Assembly (NCBI RefSeq): GCF_000143415.4
Contig: NW_003314290.1
Span: forward strand, 1-64,000
DNA from: Selaginella moellendorffii
Taxonomy: Eukaryota; Plantae; Lycopodiophyta
DNA: 64,000 nucleotides
Reading direction: 5' to 3'
Below are positions 10,770 through 22,700 of the stretch, piece by piece. The notes under the pieces were generated by a model that was not told the origin of the DNA, made no database searches, and was given only the letters and a program-made list of their open reading frames with translations. Each line of letters starts with the position of its first letter. The stretch's first letter is position 1. Made by a program: the position numbers and the translations under genes.

Positions 10770-13700
10770 CTTGAACCCGGGTTATGAATGCTCTTGCTGC
10801 ATCTCTTGCATGGTCTGGCAAGGTGATGGTGGCACTCTGCTTCCGCATCCAACCATGCACAACATTATCCACCGATATGCTCATGCTGGGATCCCTTGGA
10901 TTCAGCACCTATCTCTTTTCTAGGCAATCCTTCGTATATCCGGAACTTGGCTTGAACCACTCCACAGTTACATTGAAGGAGTTAGTTTCCACGTCCTCCT
11001 CTGCATCAGTGATGCAGCGCCCCACCCATATCATTTGTTTTTTATTACTGGGTCTAACAAGCACTACCATTCCTTTGCAGACCTGTACTGGATTGAATGC
11101 TGAATCCGGCTTCTTGTTCCTCTGCCCACAATAGTGATCCTCAACATCATTATCTGTCACTGCATTTCCAGAGGACATTGTTCCGCTACTATCTGGTGCT
11201 CTGGGTTCTGGCCAAAAGGACTCTTCCAATTCTTCATATACAACCGGCCCATTTTGGATAGCAGATATAATCTTCTCCCAGTATTCGAGCAAAGGCTTGC
11301 ACCTCTGAAAATAGGATTCTCCACCAAACACCAACCCCCTCTTCCAGAAGGCAATATGCTGTCTAATCCCGGCCACTATACTTTCCTGGTCTTTGAGTCC
11401 ATCCGGGTGCATCGGCCGTGGGGAACCCTGAGGAATCATAGGTTCCCCAGTTATGGGATCTCTCTTGAAGAGTTCAATGCCGTCCACTGGCAGCCACACT
11501 GTGTCCCATTCTCTCATCTTGTACCTCATCACTGGAGCACCGTCACACATGCTGAAATGAAACTGAAGAGGCTTGGAGTGGCCAATCAGCGTTTCAGATC
11601 CGTCCCTGATGTAGCCTCTTACAAACCCCTTAAAGTCTGGAACCTCTGTCACAAGTGCAGCTTCAACAGTGCCTTTGATGCAATTTTGGAATTCATCGTA
11701 GAGTTGTGGAGGGTGAGGACATTGGATCGCCGGAGGGACTCTGCCAGGTGACTGAACATGGCATCGACGTCTTCATGAGTGTGCCCAACCATGAGAAAGC
11801 CAAGTGTAACCGTTTCAAATATGCCTTTGGCAACAAGCATCGCCAAATACGCGAAGACGTACATGTTTTTGTTCTCACTGCCAGCATTGTCTGTTTGGAG
11901 CAGAAGATGGGGTGGAAGGCCACATCGGCCGCAAGAACTTCCTTGAGATTCTGCTTCGTTTGGATGAGGCTGTGCATTCACCGGGCGACCAGCCTCGTCG
12001 GAATGGCATGAGGCCTCACGTGATAACCCTACAATCTGACGGCCAACATATTCACTGGGATGGCATGGGGCCCCACGCGATACTGCAAGCCTTTGCTCCT
12101 CCTCCAGCTGAACCCTGTATGGGGTTCGATCGACAAGGGCCTTATGCAAGGGTTGGCCGTTCAGCTCAGTCTGCGCACTTTGCAGAGACCTTAAGTGTTT
12201 TGCTAGGGATGCAATCATCATGTTTGCACCCCCGCCACCCCATAGAGGTACAAAGAAGTTCCCATAGTTCTGGGCACCATGCCCATGAGCGATTATGCCA
12301 AACAGAGACACAGGCAGCTGCATGGATGAAGAGATTGCCTTGGGGGCAGGATTGAGTCGAGGTAAGCACGTCTTTTTCTGGTCCATTTTGTCGTGGATGA
12401 TGCAGAGGTAAGAGTCAGGTCTCTCCATGGAGAGAATCCTGTTATGATAATATGCAGTCCTGCAGCTTCTCTGCTCGATGTTGTGGTCGAGCCGCCTTCT
12501 AACCAACGTCTCTCGCTCTTGAGCGCTGCAAGAATTCTTCGACAAAGCCATTTTGATAGCAGTGCACTCGTCACACTTTGAAAAGCTGGAGTACTTTCCT
12601 ATACTCACATCCCTGAACCTGTTGCTCCACAATCTACTAAATCTAGATTGGCTCAGCTTCCTGTAGCCATTACTCTGGAGTTCCCGATTCACATCTTCCA
12701 ATATGGCCCCCTTGGTATACATGGAAGGGAGAACTCGTTGGGTGTCTCGTGTTCCATCTTCCAAGAGCCGGGTTTTATGTGGTTGCTGCTCGCTACATGT
12801 CTCGACAAACCTCTTGAAGATTGCCTCTCCATATACAACATGACCCCTGGTTTTGTGCGTACCGTCGTTCCCATGGACTGCCTGTTGAACCCTTTGTTCC
12901 TCGAACTCAGTTTTGATTCTGTAGAATGTGCTTCGAGGGACTCCATAAATGATTCTCCATGCCTTCATGCAGACCAAACCCCTCTGGAAGACCATGCCCC
13001 CCACCTGATGTTCTGAAGCATCAACAGATGACCGTAATGCCTCATACACAAAATTGCGAGCTGCCTTCCAGGACAATGTCTTGTATCTTGCTCTCTCCTC
13101 TTCAATAGCATCCCAATCAGCATGTTGACAGCACCTCCTCTTGCAACAAGCAACTGTCGAGACCATTCGAACCTCCATCGCCATTTTCTGCCTTTTCGGT
13201 TCGTTGCTCAGATCCCTTTGGCTGCGCTTTAGGAAGGTGTACTTTCTTTTCCCATGAAGAGATGTTCTGTCATCAGTTGTAGTGGTGTTTGATTGTGAAT
13301 CCTTCACATTCTCAAACACTAAGTGCCTCAATTTCCACCGCACAATGCTTCCAATAGTCAGACTGTTTTCTTCTGTGTCAACAACCTCTAAAATCGCAAC
13401 TCCAATATCATCCCAGCCCAATTCTTGATTAGCAACCGCATCTCTTGGATCGACAACTGTGGCTAAGCCCTCAGCTACCACCTCCCCCTCGGGGTTGTTT
13501 AGAAACACTTTTGCCTGAATCCATGTAGCACGGTTCTTAAGATCCACGGAGGGAACATGCGTCGCACTTGCGCTGTCCCTAACATCTGCTTTCTTCTGAA
13601 GATTTTTCAAGGCAACAACAACATTTACCCCGACGACCATCTCTCCTCGTTCAATAGCGACCACATTCCCATCGAAGACAGTCTCTACTGATACAGCAGC

Positions 13701-13823
13701 ATTGCCTTCCCCAAGCCTTTGACAGTGTATAACAAAGTTCCGATCCATAGACACAAGGGTCCCTTTTGCAACTCTCTTCCCACCATTCAAAATGTAAACC
13801 TTTTCCCCAACCCTGAAGGCCAT
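10770..13823 (-). pseudogene. Sola-like DDD transposase (~1000 aa main exon) with a 1-nt frameshift and a premature stop in this copy
   Basis: Cys clusters CCKRRCC, CMKAW and SKCDEC. Acidic motifs IIHDKMDQ, QTDNAGSENKN and GFLMVGHTHEDVDAMFS. Adding one C at ~11708 joins ORF 11649..13823 to ORF 10909..11652 (VLTLPQLYDEFQNC...VTEVPDFK). The frame continues past TAG 10909-10911 to a GT donor at 10769. Confidence 0.85.
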
Positions 13824-14689
13824 TCTGAAAGTGCAGAAAAGAAGTTAAGACCATACAAAAAATGATTGGAGAATGGCCTAAATCATAACATACCAAACAA
13901 CCTCAATAGCATGAGGCCACATGCCATTATTCAAACATGCTATTGACACCCACGTGAAATTTCGCATTCACAAAATTGGCATGAGGCCTCATGCCATCTT
14001 GATATACACACAGCTGCAGGCAAGTAAAAACATACATGACAATACGCTAGCCATGAAATTGCAAGGGCCCAAGATGGCATGTGGCCTCATGCCATTTCTA
14101 AATGTGGTCCTAAGCCATTCCATGGTGAACATACCAGGAAGCACAAGTGCCGAATATCAAGAGGAAGCGGTAGCCACACCAAAGACAGTACCGCTCGCAA
14201 CACCGCAACTACTCGTAGCGCCGCTCGCAACACCGCAACTGCTCGTAGCGCCGCTCACACAAACTGCCACTCGCATAAACTGCCGCTCGCAATGGCGCTC
14301 GCAATGCCGCAACCGCTCGTAGACGCATAAACCACAGCCCACAATGCCGCTTACACAAGCAGCGCTCACTGCGCTCAGTGGAACCAAGAACACGGCGCAC
14401 AAAAATGATAGACCTAGGAATGAGTTCGAGAATTCAAAAATAACACACGCTTGAACGTCACATCAAATCCTCTGACAAACCAGATCTTATGATTCCTCTG
14501 ACAAATTTCAAACTGAGTAGCTTCTAGACTTTGCTGTCGGAGGTTGAACTTTGTCACATCATGTCCTTGCCTCGATCCAGCTATGCCATGTCAGTGATTC
14601 GAACTTTGCCATGCCATGTCAGCGATCCACGCCAAGATTATTCGCCGTGTAAAGGAATAATTATGCTGTGTGTGTACGTCCATTTATGG

Positions 14690-16085
14690 CAATATAAGGC
14701 CACACGCCATTCAAAGAATAATACTCGACATAAGGCCACACGCCATTCAAAGAATAATGCTAGTCGAGCATTTTTTGGTGCATTTTTGGGTTCAAAATTG
14801 CATGAGCCCACACGCTATAAAGTTTACCTGTACCAAAAATAGAAACAGCTTTATTTACTTGGGAATTTAAGTGGTTGAGGCATTTTTAAACTTACAAACA
14901 CATGCCCTACTTACATTCCTTTGGTTGCCTAAAATTCAAAAATATTATAAACCTTTCTTTTTGCATTTTCAATGTTTTCAATTATGGTTTTTGATTTTCG
15001 TAGGACCAGCCTAGTAATCTATTTGCATCCCGTCATGTTTATAGCTAGTTTTCGTTTGTCCCCTTCGCTAGCCTGAGATACATCTGCTCGGCATCTGCCT
15101 CTTACAGCATTTGCCCAGAAAGGGCATCTTTCTTCACGCAGCATTTGCCACATGTTTAGGGTTTAGGGTTTAGGGTTTAGGGTTTAGCAATTCAGTAGCT
15201 TGATAAACATGCAAATATAGAACTTGATGCAAAATCCTTTGATATGTCACAATGCCCCTAGGACCATAAACATATTTCAATAGAGAGGGTCCTTTCATTT
15301 CATAACTCCTTACGTAGATCTTGGTGAAACCAGAGTTAGTGAAGTTAGTTTCTTGTGATCCCGCATCTGATTGTGATGTCCCTTTGCAGTTTCGATGGAA
15401 AGGTCAATGCACACCAAACTGTAAAATCTTGGAGAAAAATAACGGTCGGATCTATGGCAAATGCCCCTGAAACATTGTAAGGCTCGTGTGGTCTCATGTG
15501 GTGTCCGATCGAGATGCTTCTTTGCAGAGTCATCAAGAAAGACATTGTATACCATTCTGTAAAATCTAGTTGCGATTTAACGGTTGGATCTCCAGAAAAC
15601 TCAAAAAAATCTCGCGCGTGTCAGAATATCCTAGGAATATACTCCTATGTGCCCCTGAAAATGGCATGCGGCCCCACGCCATTCAAGAGATAATGCCAAA
15701 TGACGCCGAGAATTTTTTGGTGCATTTTTTGGGTTCAAAATTGCATGAGCCCACACGCTATAAAGTTTATCTTTGCCAAATAGAGAAAAGTTTATCTGTG
15801 TCATGTGAGGTAGTTACAGTCCTTTGTGCTTGGCATCTGCCTCTTGCAGCATTTGCACTGAAAGGGAATTTTTCTCCATTCAGCATTTGGCCCTGAAAAT
15901 GGCATGCGCCCACACGCCATTGAAGGAATAACGCCACATGACGCCTGGATTTTTGGGTTTAAAATGTTTAGGGTTTTTTGGGTTTTTTCAAAATATTTTG
16001 GGTCCAACGTTTTTTGGGTTTCTTTGGTTCAAAATTGCATGAGCCCACACGCTATAATATTGATTTGAGAGAAAAATAGAAACAG
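14690..16085 (+). repeat. Three dispersed copies of a ~65-160 bp module in the central non-coding region (GGTTCAAAATTGCATGAGCCCACACGCTATAA core)
   Basis: Core repeated at ~14789, ~15733 and ~16026; the copies at 14690-14850 and 15670-15790 share the longer flank. Confidence 0.85.
15155..15187 (+). repeat. Interstitial plant telomeric repeat (TTTAGGG)x4.7
   Basis: TTTAGGGTTTAGGGTTTAGGGTTTAGGGTTTAG read directly from the sequence. Confidence 0.95.
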
Positions 16086-16784
16086 ATAGAATTTCTTTAT
16101 TTAGCTGAACATCTGCCATTTTTGGAAATACAAGATGCTTTGGAATATCCAATCATGCATGGTATAAATATAGCGAGGGTATTAAATGATATCCCAATCA
16201 TGATCTTTCTTTTGGATTTCGCGTGCATGCAGTCCGAGGAATGATGATGTTGCGGATTTCTTTTGGATTTTGCGTGCTTGCATGCACACGGCAATCCAGA
16301 AATTAATGGTGGCGCCCAAGTCCGAGGAATGATGACGTGGCGGGATTACCAACCGTTGTGACATTTCGCGCGTGTGAGGTTAGGTTTTGCATTTTGCTTT
16401 GTACTCGCGCTCGCACACTCGCGTTCGCGCTCGCATCACACTCGCGCTCCCGCTCGCATTGCGCTCCCACTCGCGATCACGCTCACTTCTCTACAGGTTT
16501 CTCGTGTGCATCGGCGTCCACTCGCGCTTGCATCACACTCACGCTCGCATCGCGCTCGTGTGCATCGGCGTCCACTTCAAGACACACCCAGTTTGTAACT
16601 TCGCCGCCAACTCCGCCGCCCACTCCGCCACCCACACGCAGCCCACTTGGCGTCCCGGGAGATTTCAGCGCCACTCTCCAACTGTAAGTGGCAGAGTAGC
16701 CTTGCTGCTACGATCCGCTGCACACACAGTGCACATTCGCCAGCGAGTCCGGCCTCGATTGTCACGGCCTCCATTCGGCTTCAA

Positions 16785-19700
16785 ATGGTAAGTCTTTTAG
16801 ACGAAGTAGAAAATGGCATGAGGCCACATGCCATTCAGTAGCAACATTGGCATGCACCGATTGGGCTCTCGAGTGCAGTCCGGTTACAGATGGCGTGTAG
16901 CCTCACGCCATCTTAGGATGCAGCCTCAAGACATCTGATGCAGTGGTGAATGGCGTGTGGCCTCACGTTATTTCCAGCTGCTAGCTTTTCATCTGTCAGC
17001 TCTAATTGTTGTGCATTTCTGAACAGGCGAGGAATTGCGTTCTTCTTCCAGCCACTGTCAATGTGGATGCAGAGAAGGGGGAGGAGCTCACCAGTTGGAC
17101 TTTCGGGATGGAAGGCGAGGATCTGATGCTGTACAACACAGATGGTGGGAGAAAAGAATGCATGGGGATCCTCATCCAAGTGACAGACACTCCATGCAGT
17201 TCCATGCAAGAATATGGATTGGCACTTGTGGTAGAGACAGCGTCCGCCTTCAAGATCCACCTTGCACATCCTAGCGGCTTCCTGGAGGGGGGCAGCGGCT
17301 ATGAGGAATTCCTAGAGGGAGCTAGGGAGAGGTTGTCCAGGAGGCTCACAATTTCAAAGACGCTGCGGGTCTATGAAGATCACATGGAATCCACGGACCT
17401 CACCTACGGCGATGTTCAAAAACTATATTCCAACATTGAGCCGTTGAGAGTGCCTCCAGTTTGCGAAGCGAAGGGGAAGGGGGTCGATCTGGAAACTACC
17501 CCGAAGCAGAAAAGGGTGGTCAAGCTCAAGCCGACGTCCGACTCTGCTGCTCCAAAAAAGAAGCTACTCGGTGATGCCATTGCCTCGGGTTCGAACACTA
17601 CACCCACCAAAAAGAAGAGCCGCAAAGAGCAGAAAGAGCAAGAAGAGGCAGCAAAAATCGTCGCAGATAATAGTACTTGTTACTATTCCAACAAAGTATA
17701 TACAATCGACGTGAGCCGTATCGAGATCCAAAGCAAATACAACCACAGGCTAGTATCTGATGAGTGGGTGGAGAAACTGAAGCAGAAGATGCTGGCAAGT
17801 CCAGTAACACCCGACATCGCAGACGTGATCCCCTACTACCGAACAATGAAGGGCGAGACGAGGTTTCCAGACTTGATCAATAGGAAGGTGTTGGACGATC
17901 AGAACATCCGGTTCTATGCCGTCTCCGGGCAGCATTCTAGCTGGCGATGCAACAGATAGTTGTGGATATTATGGTGGGCGAGGAGGTGAAGAAAGTCTTC
18001 AAGACAAGAGTTGTCCGCCTGATAAAAGGCAACTCGCCCCTCCGATCTATCATATACATCTCCCACGCGCAGAATGTCAAGCAAGAAACGTGCTACAAAT
18101 CGGGTCTGCACGAGACATTGGCACGAACACGGAAGCTCTAGGTTCAACTGAAGAAGCCACAAAAACCAGGACAAGGACGTGCACTAGCAACTAGCGCCTG
18201 GCAGGTAAGCCTCGTTGCATGTGGCATAGCATGTGGCCTCACGCCATTGCCATTGCAGGAATTCTCGAGTCTCCTCTCGAAAACACTGGGGGTCAATGAC
18301 ACACTCAGCATCCATAACATTCTACTCGGGACAAAAGTTGCATTCTAGCTTGGCGATGCAACAGATAGTTGTGGATATTATGGTGGGCGAGGAGGTGAAG
18401 AAAGTCTTCAAGACAAGAGTTGTCCGCCTGATAAAAGGCAACTCGCCCCTCCGATCTATCATATACATCTCCCACGCGCAGAATGTCAAGCAAGAAACGT
18501 GCTACAAATCGGGTCTGCACGAGACATTGGCACGAACACGGAAGCTCTAGGTTCAACTGAAGAAGCCACAAAAACCAGGACAAGGACGTGCACTAGCAAC
18601 TAGCGCCTGGCAGGTAAGCCTCGTTGCATGTGGCATAGCATGTGGCCTCACGCCATTTCCATTGCAGGAATTCTCGAGTCTTCTCTCGAAAACACTGGGG
18701 GTCAATGACACACTCAGCATCCATAACATTCTACTCGCGACAAAAGTTGTCTTTGACAAATGGGTAGATGTGCTAAGGAGGTACCATGACGGGGAGTTGC
18801 TAAACTCAATGGGTGTGGAGGATGGCCGGAAGCCCAATGATTTGAAGCTCAACACCTTGCGTTTCTCGCGGTCTCTAGACGACAACGACCTTCTGACAGT
18901 GGCTAATGCTCTTCTACGTGGTGAGGTAGTCTTCAACAAGACCAAAATGACTCCCGGCCATATTGTGACATACGAGGACTTGTGCACGACTTTGAGAGCT
19001 CGTGCGCTATTGAAGGATTGGATCTTCGAGCAAGTGGCCGTGGCGAGGGTGAGCATCGACACCACGCAAGAGATGATGGAAGAGCTGGACTTGTCAAATG
19101 AAGACATCGACGAGTACGTGAAGGGGGCCCCCAAGTTCATCGATCTGCTGCGGGATGCCACGAAAAGTAAAGCTGAGAAGTTGGATCAGTATCCAAATTT
19201 CATTAAGAGGGATGTCGACCGCTGGCTTCAGAAACAGCTCGACCCCGCAGCAGAGGCCTATCGAGAACCTTACCGGGTATATGTGAATTCGGATGAGGAT
19301 CAAAGGTGGAGGAGCATCGTTTCCCGCGGAGATGAGCAGGTCAAGAACATCTTTTGTGTGATGGACTTCACAAACGAGGAGATCACTCATGCAGACGAAG
19401 TCAGCTCCATCATTGACTTAATGGTGGGACTTGCGGAGGTGGAATCTTCAGTCCACTATATGATCTACGACTCCGAATCCTATCACAAGTTCTGGAAGGC
19501 CTTGAACGAGGTGAAGGCTCGGTTGAAAGGCAAGGAGATGCGGGAGATCCATGGGATAATGGCTAAGAAGAAGATACCGACGAATGTCCACATCTTCACA
19601 GTCGCCCTTGTTATTAGTCCTGCAGCAGAGTGGGACTGGAGTGACTTCCCAGCTTCGTTCAACAAAGCCGATCGAATTGATCTGAGGGAGGTCAATTTAC

Positions 19701-22700
19701 CCGTGCCTGAGGAACTGAAGACGGCTATGGAGCTTTCGAATCCAAAGAAAGCTCCAGGTGCAGCATGGGAAATGCTCAGCTGGGTCTTCAACGCAATAGC
19801 GGGTGACTCCAAGGGCAAATGTGTTGTCGAGTACAACTGCGGCGGACTATTCTTTCGAGCCGCACTACTCAAGGGTGTCCCGTGTGTTGCGGTGACAAAC
19901 TCCATTGAAGAGGTGACTTCAATGGAGCATATAATTACAGTTGCCAAAGAAAAACAGTATCTTCTCTACGAACCTGGTGAGTACGCACTTTAAGTTTAAA
20001 TGTTATCTCACAAGCTCTGTATGCAGGAGCGTGGCCACCCCCAGATGCTGAAACGGCGTTAACAGCTACTGATGTTAGGCCGAGATCACAACCTGCACAA
20101 GGTAAGGTCACGTGAGGCCTCACGCCATTTTGATTATAGATCGTTGTGAATATTCAGACACGAGGACTGAAAAGCGCACTGGTGGCGCGTCGAAGAAGGA
20201 CAAACAGACAAGCAATAGGAAAAAAGGAGGTACAAATTATATTTGCAATGGTGTGTGGTCTCATGCCATTCCTTGCAGGAGACACTTCTTCAAAGGCAAA
20301 ACAGGCAAGCACCAGCCAAGCTCAAACTGACAGTGGTCATAAAAAGCGAAAGCACGTTGGACAGTCGTCGGGATCAGAGGCGTTTGATTCGAAAAGGAAG
20401 AAGGGCAACGAAAAGATGATAGGTAATGCCTCGCGGTTATGGCGTGTGTGCTCATGCCATTCATTGCAGATCAAGGGCTGAGTGAAAGGAGCCAGTCACC
20501 ACCTTCTGACTCAGATTCCTATGGCGGACTCCCCTTCCCCAATCTCAATGGAGAGGTACAATGGATGAGGGATGCTTTTCAAGTCAGGGCCACGTTTTTC
20601 TCATCTCGTCGTCTTCGAAGGGTGCAAAAACGTGCAGAAACCATGTTAAGACAGTCGGGTGAGGATACGGTCCTAGGTCACGCACTAAAACAGGCTATGG
20701 ATGTCTTGTATTTTGAGATGGAGACTCGGCCAGATGATTTTTCCAAGATGGTCCTGGAAAAACAAGCAATCCAGCTTGAGCAGCCTATGGAAGAAATGCA
20801 AGAGGGGGATGAGGAGCCAGAGAAAGATAATGAGCAGGAAGAGCAAAAGGACGAAGAGGAGGACAAAGAAGAGGAGGACGAAGAAGAGGAGGATGAAGAA
20901 GAGGAGGACGAAGAGGACTTGGATGGTCCTCACAATAGTGACGATCACAATAACGACGATGACGATGATGACGACGATGGCCAGCCTGAGGTGGCCAAAG
21001 AGCAGCGGAGGAAGGTCATACAAGACAAACCATCAGGTAAATAATAGTACATCCATTCCTAACCTTTTACCATTTCTAACATTGTCCATGTAGGTTGCAG
21101 AAGAAATGGTAAGTAGAGATTATTCAGTTGAATTAAGATACAAACTCTAGCCTTTAGTGTCGAGGAAGGATAGTGCCAAGCAAGGGTCGAAACGTATGTC
21201 CAATCCTTCGTATGTCCAATCCTTCAGAATCAGCAGTGCGCCCAAGTGATATCGGTCCTAGTTCCTCAATAGCAGTTGATGGTAAATACAGTATAGTCGA
21301 TTCAATGTGCTAATGAGTTTGTTTTTAGTAGCACGGGAGGATACCATCTCAATCGAAGGGAGATATTTGGACATGCATATGGATCCGCCAGTGGACTCTA
21401 CTTGCCTGCAAGAGTCATCAGAGCTGGTGGAGGCTACTATCCATATCAACGCCAAGCAAGCTGACCACGCTCCACTTGATGCTGCCCATACCACTGAGTC
21501 AATCTTGTCCACGTATCCAACTGACGGTGACCAGGCGCCATTGGACCCGCATGAGGCCGCCCCAGCCGCCGAGCCGGTCGTATCCTCATTTCCAACGTGT
21601 GCCCAATCGTCTGACTACGCGCCGTTGGAACCTCCCTACACCGCCCTTGCTGCCTGTTCGGTCATGTCCACTTTGCCAACGGAGGCACCAGCTGAAATGG
21701 CGTGTGATCACACGCCATCGGAACCACCCCATGCCACTGTTGAGCCAGTTGTACCAGAGTCTATAGCTGAAATGGCATGTGCCCACACGCCATCGGATGC
21801 GATTGACCCCACATTGCAGAGGAGAGTATTTCCGCCCTTCACGTTTCCTCGACCAAAACCCTCTGAACGACCATCGGGAGCACCATTCGCTAATATTGTA
21901 GATGGTAAAATTGACTTGTACCATTTTTTATGCTGACGCATTTCATTTCAGAGTCACGGCGAAAGTACTGTATCGTTTTTGATCTGAACGGTGTCCTTTT
22001 CTCCCATGAGCGTGGCTCGTCCTCGAATGTCACTGCACCCTCCAAAGCCTGCGGTCGCAAGTTGGTCAAAAGAGACAGATTCACATTAATCACACGGGAG
22101 AAACTGCGGGATCTAATAATGACCATGCGACACTTAAAACAGAGGGCAGGGTTCAATTTGCAATTGGGAGTTTGGACATCCATGATGCGCCACAATGCAT
22201 TAACGTTGCTACAGATGATGCACGATCAGACGCGAGTAATATTACCATTTGACTTTCTCCTAACGCAGGAGGATTGCTTGACTATGGTCCATGTGAGGGG
22301 TAGCAAGCCCATCTTCGTCAAGGCAGAGGCTGTAGTGATAAACCGGACTGCTAGGTCAAGTGAAATCCTCATCATCGATGACTCGCCGATTAAAACTGCA
22401 GCGAACACGCACACATATGCAGTGCACCCCATCTCTTGCAGTATGGAAACTAGGGAGAAGAAACCGTATGTTCTGGGGGACCTTGCAAAACGGCTTGAAG
22501 CGATGGTGATAGAGAACCGGCCAGTCCAGGAGGTGGCTGCAGAAATCAACCAAATGGCAGATGGAACGGTATATCAGAAGCCATTTGATCGGACAGACAC
22601 CAGTCATCATTTATGGCATGTATATTGTCTAGCCAAGCACTATCCGCATCTCCATAATCTGCTCAACCGGATGGGTTCTTCGACCACTGAACATGAGCGT

